The notes beneath the pieces are model-generated. The model searched no databases, had not been told where the DNA came from, and was given only the letters and a program-made list of their open reading frames with translations. Of a DNA stretch of 37,722 nt, positions 14,251 to 24,005 are shown in pieces. This DNA is from a virus (lineage: Duplodnaviria; Caudoviricetes), in the IMG/VR virus record IMGVR_UViG_3300020161_000333, positions 1 through 37,722 of that record; one strand, given 5' to 3'. Positions within the stretch are counted from its first letter, which is position 1. Every line of letters starts with the position of its first letter. The position numbers and the translations under genes are program-made.

Positions 14251-17200
14251 TTATGCTCTCGGATATACCAAACTAACATTTTGTCCAGCACTTAGCGCGG
14301 TAGCAAATACAACTTGCGTTCCACTTGTAACGGTAACGTCGCTGGCATTAACCATTCTAACACCATTTAAATAAACGCTAATTTTGCCAGATACATAAGT
14401 TAAAGATGTTGTAAATGTTGTTTGCGATGCTGTTGAAGTAAATAAATCATACACAACATTTGTTGGCGTTCCGCTAAATCCGCTAAATCCAGAATAGCCC
14501 GAAAACCCAGATGTACCATTGGTTCCATTAGTTCCGCTAAATCCAGAACGGCCACTAAATCCACTAAAGCCACTGATTCCAGAAAATCCGCTAAACCCTG
14601 AAGTTCCGGTAGCTCCATTAGTTCCACTAAATCCAGAACGGCCACTAAATCCACTAATACCTGAGTAACCACTAAACCCAGACGTTCCCGTTGCTCCGTT
14701 AATTCCACTGAAGCCACTAATTCCTGAATAGCCGCTAAAGCCACTGGTTCCTGTAGCACCTACCGCACCACTAAAACCGCTAATACCAGAGTAGCCGGAA
14801 AAACCAGATGTACCATTGGTTCCATTAGTTCCGCTAAATCCAGAACGGCCGCTGAATCCGCTAATGCCGGAATAACCTGAAAACCCTGACGTTCCTGTTG
14901 CGCCTACCGCGCCGCTAAAACCACTGATGCCAGAGAATCCGCTGAATCCAGATGTGCCTGTAGCGCCATTGATGCCGCTAAAACCACTGATGCCTGAGTA
15001 GCCTGAAAAACCAGACGTTCCGGTAGCGCCGTTGATTCCTGAGTATCCACTAATACCAGAGAATCCAGAAAATCCTGAGATTCCAACCGCGCCACTAAAC
15101 CCGCTAATTCCAGAATACCCAGAAAATCCCGAAGTTCCTGTTGCACCAACGGCACCACTATAACCGCTGATACCGGAGTAGCCACTAAAGCCACTGGTTC
15201 CGGTAGCACCATTAATACCGGAATAACCGCTGATGCCTGAGTAACCGCTGATGCCTGAATAACCACTGAACCCTGAAGTTCCGGTAGTTCCTACTGCGCC
15301 GCTATATCCGCTTATACCGGAGTAACCAGAGAACCCTGACGCTCCTACAGCGCCACTGTAGCCACTAATTCCAGAATATCCACTGATACCACTAAACCCA
15401 GAAAATCCAGACGTTCCTGTAGAGCCATTTAATCCAGAAAAACCACTAATGCCTGAGTATCCAGATATTCCGCTTGAGCCTACCGCGCCGCTAAAACCAG
15501 AGATACCAGAGTAACCGCTAATTCCACTAAATCCACTAGTACCTATTCCAGAGAAACCAGAGATTCCTGAGAACCCGCTGTAACCACTGATTCCAGAGAA
15601 TCCAGAAATTCCTGAGTAACCAGAAAAACCTGAATCACCATTTAACCCATTGGCACCAGAAAATCCACTAATACCTTGTGCGCCAGAAAATCCAGAAATG
15701 CCGGAATATCCAGAATACCCACTGATACCAGAAAACCCTGAGATACCGGAATAACCAGAAATACCCGATGCGCCAGAGAAACCACTTGTTCCCGTAGCAC
15801 CAGAGAATCCAGAGTAACCAGAGATACCTGAGAAACCAGAGTAGCCTGATATACCAGAGAAACCTGAGATACCTGAGTAACCAGAAATCCCAGATGAACC
15901 AACAGCGCCAGAGTAACCGGAATATCCAGATACACCTGAGTAACCACTGATACCTTGCGTACCAGAGAATCCTGAATATCCACTGATACCAGAATAACCT
16001 GAGTATCCAGAGAATCCACTATACCCGCTGATACCAGATGTAATCGCAAAAACTACAACGTGGTTATTGGAAAAATTAGTTGTTCCGGTTCCGTTTGAAG
16101 AAACAAGCGTTACAGGATAAGACCAGTAACTAGATATTGTTCCCGGATTGTAATTAATTGGAGTTCCGGTTACTTGCCAAATTTGATAGTTAGAACTAAC
16201 GCCTTCGTCCTGAATAGTAAATTGCTGAGTTTCCTGAATTAACGCAAGGAAAATATCAACGTCAACATTATCGTGATTTTGATGGCTAACATTGATTAAC
16301 GTAGAATCAATTTGAGTTGCGTTATTCCACAGCAAATATTCAAGGCCGGGGTTATTTGCTTGCGAAGTCGTATTTGCTTTGTATAAGAAATACGCTGACG
16401 ATTCGCCTTTGATTCCAGAATAACCACTGTAACCAGAAATTCCCGAACCGCTATAACCAGACAATCCAGAATAACCGCTAACACCAGATTCACCTGAAAA
16501 GCCGGAATATCCAGATATGCCACTTGCGCCAGAAAAACCGGAATATCCAGATGCGCCATTTTCACCTGAGTATCCAGAAAAACCACTTAAACCTAATCCT
16601 GAGAATCCGCTGATACCTGAATAACCACTGATTCCAGAATCGCCAGAGAATCCAGATACGCCAGAATATCCTGAGATTCCAGAAAACCCACTAGCGCCTA
16701 ATTCACCTGAGTATCCTGAGATACCAGAATAACCAGAATACCCAGAAATCCCTGAGAATCCAGAATATCCAGATAATCCACTAACCCCGGAAAAACCACT
16801 AATCCCAGAAAACCCTGAAATTCCAGAATCGCCAGAAAATCCAGAAATCCCCGAAAACCCAGAAATGCCTGAGTATCCTGAAAAACCGCTGATTCCAGAG
16901 AAACCGCTTAATCCAGATGTACCGGGAGGGCCGACAATTTGCCCTGCGTCATACCACGCAGAACCATTCCAAACCCAAAGATTGCCATCGTCCTGAACGA
17001 TGTAAGCATCATTAACTTGGTTTCCTGTAGGCGGTAAATCCCCAACAGTCGCAACCTCGCCTTTGACGTTAATGCTAGTTCCCTGTTGTCCGCTAAAACC
17101 AGAGAACCCAGAAAAACCAGATACGCCACTTCCAGAGAAACCGCTGAAACCGGAAATCCCTGAATGTCCTGAAAATCCGCTAAACCCTGACGTTCCGCTT

Positions 17201-17880
17201 AAACCATCTTGCCCAGAAAAACCAGAATATCCACTTGTTCCAGATAGCCCAACCGCACCAGAATATCCGCTAATTCCACTAAATCCAGACACCCCAACTT
17301 CGCCAGAGTATCCTGAAAACCCTGAATAGCCAGAAACGCCTACTTCTCCAGAATAGCCGCTTATCCCCGAAAAACCGCTAATGCCAGAAAAGCCCGATTG
17401 ACCATCAATTCCGCTGTATCCAGAAATTCCTGAAAATCCACTTTCGCCAGAAAATCCAGAAACACCTGAACCAGAATAGCCTGATATTCCACTAAAACCA
17501 GAATCACCTGAAAACCCAGATAATCCTGAATAACCAGAATAACCAGAAATGCCGCTGTAACCGCTTACGCCTGAAAATCCAGAATAACCAGATTCACCAC
17601 TGAACCCAGAATATCCTGAAGCACCAGACCAACCACTAAATCCGCTGATTCCAGAACTACCAATTCCAGAGTACCCGCTAAAACCAGAGTAACCGCTAAT
17701 ACCAGAATATCCAGAATAACCGCTTGGGCCGTAAATACCTCGGTCAATAGAAATTTCAGTACGCGCAGTCGGCGTTACTTCTACATTAATATTGTTGGCT
17801 TGTGAAACGGCTACTTCAGTTTCATTTACAGAAACCGAAATATCGTTTACCTGCCCTTGAGTAATGGACAGGTGAGACAT
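14251..17880 (-). CDS. 1209-aa fibre-like protein of Ser-Gly-[F/Y/I] triplet repeats with inserted globular domains
   Basis: Three long tracts with Gly every third residue, two non-repeat inserts and a C-terminal beta domain; in the tail module. Confidence 0.85.
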   Translation of the reverse strand: MSHLSITQGQVNDISVSVNETEVAVSQANNINVEVTPTARTEISIDRGIYGPSGYSGYSGISGYSGFSGYSGIGSSGISGFSGWSGASGYSGFSGESGYSGFSGVSGYSGISGYSGYSGLSGFSGDSGFSGISGYSGSGVSGFSGESGFSGISGYSGIDGQSGFSGISGFSGISGYSGEVGVSGYSGFSGYSGEVGVSGFSGISGYSGAVGLSGTSGYSGFSGQDGLSGTSGFSGFSGHSGISGFSGFSGSGVSGFSGFSGFSGQQGTSINVKGEVATVGDLPPTGNQVNDAYIVQDDGNLWVWNGSAWYDAGQIVGPPGTSGLSGFSGISGFSGYSGISGFSGISGFSGDSGISGFSGISGFSGVSGLSGYSGFSGISGYSGYSGISGYSGELGASGFSGISGYSGVSGFSGDSGISGYSGISGFSGLGLSGFSGYSGENGASGYSGFSGASGISGYSGFSGESGVSGYSGLSGYSGSGISGYSGYSGIKGESSAYFLYKANTTSQANNPGLEYLLWNNATQIDSTLINVSHQNHDNVDVDIFLALIQETQQFTIQDEGVSSNYQIWQVTGTPINYNPGTISSYWSYPVTLVSSNGTGTTNFSNNHVVVFAITSGISGYSGFSGYSGYSGISGYSGFSGTQGISGYSGVSGYSGYSGAVGSSGISGYSGISGFSGISGYSGFSGISGYSGFSGATGTSGFSGASGISGYSGISGFSGISGYSGYSGISGFSGAQGISGFSGANGLNGDSGFSGYSGISGFSGISGYSGFSGISGFSGIGTSGFSGISGYSGISGFSGAVGSSGISGYSGISGFSGLNGSTGTSGFSGFSGISGYSGISGYSGAVGASGFSGYSGISGYSGAVGTTGTSGFSGYSGISGYSGISGYSGINGATGTSGFSGYSGISGYSGAVGATGTSGFSGYSGISGFSGAVGISGFSGFSGISGYSGINGATGTSGFSGYSGISGFSGINGATGTSGFSGFSGISGFSGAVGATGTSGFSGYSGISGFSGRSGFSGTNGTNGTSGFSGYSGISGFSGAVGATGTSGFSGYSGISGFSGINGATGTSGFSGYSGISGFSGRSGFSGTNGATGTSGFSGFSGISGFSGFSGRSGFSGTNGTNGTSGFSGYSGFSGFSGTPTNVVYDLFTSTASQTTFTTSLTYVSGKISVYLNGVRMVNASDVTVTSGTQVVFATALSAGQNVSLVYPRA

Positions 17881-18360
17881 TTAATTCACCACGCCATCGG
17901 AGCGAACCAAGAATAAGAGAAAGATAATATTGTCCTGCGCGGGAGTAGAACCAACAGCAGGGAAACTAATCTTTATACGGCCAGAAAACCCTACGCAAAC
18001 TTGAGCGTTAATATCTAACTGCGGGTCACTATAAATTACATCCCAAGAAGATTCATCAATTACAAGCGTAAATGTTCCTTCTTCGTCATCCCTGTTTGTA
18101 ATTGTTAATGCTACGGGAGAAGGAGGAGGGGAATAATCAGAAATGTCAAACGTCAGACCATAACGAGTATCTTTAATATCCGATAACTGTCTGCGGATAA
18201 TCTGTGCGTCAATAGTTGCGCCGGTCAAATCAACCGCAACACCCTCATTGGAAAACGCAAGATTCCAGAATGTTTGCTGTGCGTAAACTAACTCGCCAGC
18301 AATAATTGGATTGTCGAAGCCGCTTACTTGTGTAAGCGTATTCTTATTGAAAATCGCCAT
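17881..18360 (-). CDS. Putative virion structural/adaptor protein
   Basis: VDLTGATIDAQIIR pattern typical of baseplate/fibre adaptors; abuts the fibre gene. Confidence 0.65.
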   Translation of the reverse strand: MAIFNKNTLTQVSGFDNPIIAGELVYAQQTFWNLAFSNEGVAVDLTGATIDAQIIRRQLSDIKDTRYGLTFDISDYSPPPSPVALTITNRDDEEGTFTLVIDESSWDVIYSDPQLDINAQVCVGFSGRIKISFPAVGSTPAQDNIIFLLFLVRSDGVVN

Positions 18361-18431
18361 GATTACCCTTTCCGGTTAAAGCGCCGCGCACTCGCAGCAG
18401 CCTAAATCATGTTTTGTTTTTTATAAGTATA

Positions 18432-19172
18432 TCACCAAAAAATTAAACCAAACATATCAGCTTCTACATCAAGAACTCTTGTTTCAAATGTTTTATAAAT
18501 AACAGTCGGCGCATAACTTCCAGAAACTTTACCGCCACCAATAAATAAACTACGTCCAGCTAAAAGTGTTATTTTTTGACCAGAATTTAAAGATAACCTT
18601 TCATATTGATACGGCTCAAGGTCAACTCTGGAAATACAGTGATATTCTGTATTAGGCTCCATTGCGGTAATTTTGTATCTATCGCTAGACTGCATATTTG
18701 GCAAATCAAGATTGTAATCGCCAACATTTAAAGTTACCGCAGGAAATCTACCATCAATAGGCTCATATTTACGAGAACCCATTGTCATAATAGAAACACG
18801 GCGAGAATTATTCCTATCAATATCAATTTTATCGCCAGAAAAAGTAATTGAACCAGCTTGTTCAGCAAATACACGATATACGTTAAATTCGCCATATGTA
18901 TATTTAATATGGTCAAACTTTGGAGCCGCAGCAATAATTTGTTGCTGCACTTCATTGGCGTTAATAATTTGTTCTGCGGAATTAATTATTTCTTGAAGTT
19001 CGGGAATAACAATTCCTTCTGTAATAACTTCACCAGTAACAGTTCTTACATGAGTTCCAACATTAGAGTGATTAACTACTTCATATAAGTTAGCTAAAGT
19101 TGAAACATCAAATTCAACAGTTTTGCCGTTAATAGTAACTTGGTTATTTTTTACATCAATAAAGATATTCAT
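18432..19172 (-). CDS. Hypothetical protein after the tail fibre
   Basis: 246-aa ORF; AAGGA RBS; AT-rich. Confidence 0.75.
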   Translation of the reverse strand: MNIFIDVKNNQVTINGKTVEFDVSTLANLYEVVNHSNVGTHVRTVTGEVITEGIVIPELQEIINSAEQIINANEVQQQIIAAAPKFDHIKYTYGEFNVYRVFAEQAGSITFSGDKIDIDRNNSRRVSIMTMGSRKYEPIDGRFPAVTLNVGDYNLDLPNMQSSDRYKITAMEPNTEYHCISRVDLEPYQYERLSLNSGQKITLLAGRSLFIGGGKVSGSYAPTVIYKTFETRVLDVEADMFGLIFW

Positions 19173-19181
19173 AGTTATCCT

Positions 19182-19865
19182 TTAACCGACATACTCGACG
19201 AGAACGGCACCTTGACCTCCAGTTGAATTCGTATCCACACCATAGTTCGCGCCATCTAATGCTCCGCGACCATATCTGATATTTCCGTTTACGATGGTGC
19301 CGCCGCTGCCACTCCCATTTGCAGCGCCAATAGCATTTCCAGCCCCGCCTGTTGCAGAAATAAAAGAACTGAATGAAGATGTGCCGCCATATGTTGAGTC
19401 ACCCCCACCAGCGCCGACTGTAACACTGTATCCTGTTGATGGAGTGACCGTATAAACACCGCTGGCATATCCACCGGCACCACCACCGCCGCCGCCCTTA
19501 CCACTACTACCGCCACCGCCGCCACCAATTACAGTCACTTTTACTTTTGTAACACCAGCAGGGCAGGTAAAAGTTCCGCCCGCAGTAAAAATTGTCGCGT
19601 TAATTTGTCCTGAAGTTACAGTTGATGCAATCGTAATAGAACCGGTGCTATTAGTAACTGAAATGCCTGTTCCGGCAGTTAAAGTTGCTTTAGTAAGGGT
19701 GTTACCAGTCGTATTTCCGATTAACAGTTGGCCGTTTGTATATGTTGATTGTCCTGTTCCGCCATTTGCTACCGGAGTAGAACCAGTCAAACCAGTTGAA
19801 ACATCTAACTGACCAGAGGAATTAACTTTGTTGGCTAATTGTGAAAGGTTAAAGGCTTGCGTCAT
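19182..19865 (-). CDS. Glycine-rich tail fibre/receptor-binding protein
   Basis: PVANGGTG, TFTCPAGVTKVKVTVIGGGGGG, YSVTVGAGG, GAVLVEY. Confidence 0.8.
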   Translation of the reverse strand: MTQAFNLSQLANKVNSSGQLDVSTGLTGSTPVANGGTGQSTYTNGQLLIGNTTGNTLTKATLTAGTGISVTNSTGSITIASTVTSGQINATIFTAGGTFTCPAGVTKVKVTVIGGGGGGSSGKGGGGGGAGGYASGVYTVTPSTGYSVTVGAGGGDSTYGGTSSFSSFISATGGAGNAIGAANGSGSGGTIVNGNIRYGRGALDGANYGVDTNSTGGQGAVLVEYVG

Positions 19866-22800
19866 ACTGCCCCCGTTCTTGCGAAGGTTTGTTGTAAAAG
19901 TAAATTGGTAGTAGTAGTTGGTGTATTAGATAACGTATAAGTACCAGTAGCGGTAGTGTAATCCGTTCCCTGCAATAACATCAATCCGTTGTTGTATAAA
20001 TTGAAAGCGTTTGCGTCATAGCTAAAAGAATACGTTGTTTGACCTATAGCTGTGTTGGAAATAATGTTTACAGGGTTTCCATTGGGAACTGTTAAGTTGT
20101 TAGGACTCCATTGGATAACAGTTAATTTTCCAGATGTTGTATTTGGGAAATCAGTAATAGTCTGGTCTGAAATATTGTAGTCCTGTTCGTTTACTACGGT
20201 TCCATTCAGGAATAACAATTCAAAGCCGCTTGTTAATGTAAATCCTGAAGCCGTGTATTCGTTTGCGTTTGTAAGGGTCGCAGTATTCCTAGTAAACGAA
20301 GCGTAAACACCTGATGTTGAATTGCTACTCTTAAACGAGACAATGGTAATAATGTCGCCAGTTGTCGCGCCAACAGATAGCGTAACGGTTCCGGTAGAGC
20401 CTCCGGTATCACTGTATTCAGATGTATCTAACAAACAACCATTTTGTAAAACAAAGCATTGACCTGAGATATAACCAGATGCCCTAGTAACAGAAAATAC
20501 CGTTTGACTTGAAGTAGCGGTAAAAGATTGTTTAGTGAAGTAAAAGTTATCCGGCGTTTCAAATCCGACAACACGACCATAAATATCAATAGTCAATGTT
20601 GCGACTGAACTTGTTTGCGTATATGCGCCGCCAAAATCTAAGAACTGTTGAAGTGAAGCAATAACTCTACCGTCAGGACTGTTGGTTACATTGATTTCAC
20701 CAGTTCCAACAGATGTTGTTCCGGTAGTTAATAACTGCCCTGTTGCTCTGTCTAAATCAATAAAGTTTGTTCCGTCTGGAAGTGCCGCCCAAAGAGTAGG
20801 GTCAAACAAATTAGTTTGAGTAGGCACAAAAGCGCCGGTACCTGCCGCATACGCAGCTAATCCAGTATCAAAGCTAAACTTTCTTCCGGTTCTATTGGAA
20901 TAGCATAAATAGTAAACGCTACCAAAATTAGGGTCTGCTAAATACCAAGTATAGTCAGATGCCGTAATACTCGGCGTAACGCTATTTTGATTCAACAGAC
21001 CGTAATAAGAATGGCCTCTGGGGTCTAAATCAAAACCAGTTCCGGTAATGCTGTCAGCGTAAGCAACAACTAAATAACGCTCGGAATACTGGAAAGTGCT
21101 TGGTCGCCATTGGAATACAGAACTAGCAGGACTGTAAGGGCTAGTTGCAATGCTATTAACCATCCTAGAAAAGAAATACCAATTACCGCTAGGAATGTCG
21201 GAAAGACTAATAACCGGCATTGCAGTAGAAACCGCATACGGGTTTCCGTTTGGTTGTATTGCGGTAGTTCCGGCAAAGATTAATTGCTCTTGCGTAGGAC
21301 TAGAAAAAGCCGAATACCAAAGTTCCGCGTATTGAATAATACCTACGGAACTACTGGTAATTTGAACAATAAATGTAGGATTGGTTATTGTCGGATACTG
21401 CGCCGCAATTGACGGAGCCGGAATAGTTCCAAAAAGTGTAGGGCTTCCAATTCCGCTATTGGGAACAGGTGCAAACTGAGTTATAGAAACATCGTCATAA
21501 ATTGCAGCGTTATATTCAGAAAGCGTTAGCTTGGCTAAGACTTGTCCGCTATCCTCAAACGTCTGCACAACTTTATTGATTCTAAATAACTTGGCAACCC
21601 ATCCGTAATTCACACTGGTTACAGAAACAATATCACCAGATTCTAATTGCAGACCGACATAGTTAATTGTGCATTGAACCTGTAAATCTTCCCTTGCAGA
21701 TTTAAGCATCCGGTTAGCAAGGTATTGTGCGCGAACGTCGTTATTAACTAACGGCAAGGAAACCGATTGTTTGTTTACTGGTTCATTTTGGAACAACAGT
21801 TCCGGCGCAATTTCCGCAAGGTCAAATGTCGAAGAATTAAATGAGTCCTGATTGTTTTCGTCAGGGAATTTACATTCAATGACATTGTAAGAACCGGCAA
21901 TATCAATCGGCGTAATGCTGATAGCAGAAACCATATTGCTATCGTTAATGTTCATTGCTACCGTGTAAGTAGGCGATTGAACAACAACACCCCAAGTTCC
22001 CAATATTTCATTGTATTTCAAGAGGCAATCACAGCACGATGCCATGTCTTGAAGGTTTTGCATTATCGTTCTGTTATTGTCAATTACCCCATCAAAACGA
22101 AAACGCGTTTGAGTAGAAGAACCACCAGCATAAAGCTCGTATGTAAATGATTCATCACAATAAACATTTAGCGCAGTAAGACTAGCTGTATCTATTTGAT
22201 TATCAGGAATGGCCGCGCCATAAACCGTATTGGTTAAATAATCATTAAAACAATCTCCGGGTTTAAAACGGGAGTTTGTAATCTGAAACTTGGTTTGTTC
22301 GATACCCTGAATACTAAGGTCTTGGTTGTAAGTTAAATGCAGAATTGCAAAAGCGCAATGAGTCATTTGTTGCGATGTATCCCATTGCCAAACAAGACCG
22401 CTAGATTGCATTACTTGAGTAGCAGATAAATTAGAATTCTGCGGGGAATTTATGCCATTGCTGTAAAGGTAAAATTCAATGTTACCGTTTATAGGCTGAC
22501 TTTCTCCGGTAGATTCATCTAACAAAGAATCCACGCTATATAAGTTTGTGCCGTTAAATACTACTTTTTTACCGCCGTAATAAATATCACCGAAAGTAAT
22601 TGTGTCTGCGCCGTTTCCAGTAACTTCAGACAAAGCCAATACATAGTAAAGATTTTGGTTATCTTCAGTGATACTTAAATCAATGATTGTTCCGCCTAAC
22701 CACGCAGAACCATAGACCACTGGTAATTTGTTATCTGTTGCTGGCGGAATTTGCTGACGATTACCGGGGTTTCTGGATTGACCGGAAAAATCTTGTGCGC

Positions 22801-22981
22801 CTTGATTGGGGCTAAAAAATGCTTTTGAGATAATTGCAGACACAACCATATTTATTGCAAAAGCTACAGATGCAGCAACAAAAGCACTTTCAAAAGCAAT
22901 AGCCGCAACAATAACGCTACCTACCGCAAAAGCAGGAGTCGCAAAACTAAGTAACAATAAGAGCGCGGCAATATATTTCAT
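19862..22981 (-). CDS. Tail tip / host-specificity protein (J-like)
   Basis: LPVVYG, NDYLTNTVYGAAI, RFDGVID, LESGDIVSVT; 1039 aa; after the TMP and distal tail genes. Confidence 0.85.
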   Translation of the reverse strand: MKYIAALLLLLSFATPAFAVGSVIVAAIAFESAFVAASVAFAINMVVSAIISKAFFSPNQGAQDFSGQSRNPGNRQQIPPATDNKLPVVYGSAWLGGTIIDLSITEDNQNLYYVLALSEVTGNGADTITFGDIYYGGKKVVFNGTNLYSVDSLLDESTGESQPINGNIEFYLYSNGINSPQNSNLSATQVMQSSGLVWQWDTSQQMTHCAFAILHLTYNQDLSIQGIEQTKFQITNSRFKPGDCFNDYLTNTVYGAAIPDNQIDTASLTALNVYCDESFTYELYAGGSSTQTRFRFDGVIDNNRTIMQNLQDMASCCDCLLKYNEILGTWGVVVQSPTYTVAMNINDSNMVSAISITPIDIAGSYNVIECKFPDENNQDSFNSSTFDLAEIAPELLFQNEPVNKQSVSLPLVNNDVRAQYLANRMLKSAREDLQVQCTINYVGLQLESGDIVSVTSVNYGWVAKLFRINKVVQTFEDSGQVLAKLTLSEYNAAIYDDVSITQFAPVPNSGIGSPTLFGTIPAPSIAAQYPTITNPTFIVQITSSSVGIIQYAELWYSAFSSPTQEQLIFAGTTAIQPNGNPYAVSTAMPVISLSDIPSGNWYFFSRMVNSIATSPYSPASSVFQWRPSTFQYSERYLVVAYADSITGTGFDLDPRGHSYYGLLNQNSVTPSITASDYTWYLADPNFGSVYYLCYSNRTGRKFSFDTGLAAYAAGTGAFVPTQTNLFDPTLWAALPDGTNFIDLDRATGQLLTTGTTSVGTGEINVTNSPDGRVIASLQQFLDFGGAYTQTSSVATLTIDIYGRVVGFETPDNFYFTKQSFTATSSQTVFSVTRASGYISGQCFVLQNGCLLDTSEYSDTGGSTGTVTLSVGATTGDIITIVSFKSSNSTSGVYASFTRNTATLTNANEYTASGFTLTSGFELLFLNGTVVNEQDYNISDQTITDFPNTTSGKLTVIQWSPNNLTVPNGNPVNIISNTAIGQTTYSFSYDANAFNLYNNGLMLLQGTDYTTATGTYTLSNTPTTTTNLLLQQTFARTGAV

Positions 22982-23415
22982 TATTGAATCCAGATTTCGT
23001 CTTGTTTGCGATAACCGAATCTTGAGTAGTCCATATCTGGGCTAGTTACTAATCGGCTCATTGTGTAATACTTAATCCTGCCGGTAGTTTTTAATAACTC
23101 CCCATATTCGTTATATGCTTTTAATAATTTATAAGCAGAAATTCCGCCACGTTTTTCTGGTTTTACATACCAAGCTAATTCATGCAATCCATAAATTTTA
23201 TCAGACCAAATACACGGAAGAATAATTGACATAAGTATTCCGTAATCATCTGATAAAAATACCGCACCACGGCCAGCAAAAATTTCATCTAGCAATTTAT
23301 TACCGTATTCCATATCGGCATACGCATGGCAATAATCAATAGGACTTTCATCTGCAAACTGTTTCATTAAATCAACAATAATTGGTTTATGAAATTTTGT
23401 TGCCCGATAAATCAT
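22981..23415 (-). CDS. GNAT-fold acetyltransferase-like protein
   Basis: IYRAT, ELAWYVKPEKRGG..AYKLL, Y.RFGY. Confidence 0.7.
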   Translation of the reverse strand: MIYRATKFHKPIIVDLMKQFADESPIDYCHAYADMEYGNKLLDEIFAGRGAVFLSDDYGILMSIILPCIWSDKIYGLHELAWYVKPEKRGGISAYKLLKAYNEYGELLKTTGRIKYYTMSRLVTSPDMDYSRFGYRKQDEIWIQ

Positions 23416-24005
23416 TGCTGCTTACCAAAGTAATAATTGATAGTAGAAACAAAAGCAACACGGTTCATACTTGTATCGCCGGAATTGAAAAACTGCCAAG
23501 AATTATTATTTGTGTATCGTCCTGCGGTTCTGTTTTGCAAAATTAACTGAATAGAAGATGCTGTTACAGTAATTGTTCCAACAAACTGCCGCATTTCTTC
23601 TAGCCATTCCTCAGAAATAGCAAAAGAGGAAACATAACCAGTAAAGAATTTATAAAGACCGCCGCTTCCGCCTCCAGTGATTAATTGTCCGTCAGTGTTA
23701 AAAAAACCATTCCATGCTTCAATTTTGGAACCTTTAACATTTAGACTGAGAACCCATCCCAAAGCAGCGGTATCAATTCCAACCAAAGTAAACGAAGTTT
23801 CGTTTGCGGTAGATTTAATATCCCTTTGGGCATCGCCAATTTTCATTAGGATACCAACAGCGTCAAAAGGCTCTGCGTCAACTGAGGGAACCGTTATAGG
23901 TGCGGGAGTAGTGGCAAACCTAAACACTTCGTCCGCAGTCGTTACCCTAACAAATTGCGCGTAACGGATATTGTTAGTATTTTCTACCGGAGCAATTACA
24001 TTCAT
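23412..24005 (-). CDS. Minor tail/hub protein
   Basis: Position between distal tail and J-like genes; FTGYV...RTAGRYTN...GDTSM. Confidence 0.7.
   Translation of the reverse strand: MNVIAPVENTNNIRYAQFVRVTTADEVFRFATTPAPITVPSVDAEPFDAVGILMKIGDAQRDIKSTANETSFTLVGIDTAALGWVLSLNVKGSKIEAWNGFFNTDGQLITGGGSGGLYKFFTGYVSSFAISEEWLEEMRQFVGTITVTASSIQLILQNRTAGRYTNNNSWQFFNSGDTSMNRVAFVSTINYYFGKQQ

Noticed and set aside
14400-17747. Alternative-frame ORFs inside the repeat fibre gene
   Set aside because: Shadows of the triplet repeat
19182-22981. Diversity-generating retroelement or invertible tail-fibre system
   Set aside because: No reverse transcriptase, invertase or template/variable repeat pair seen
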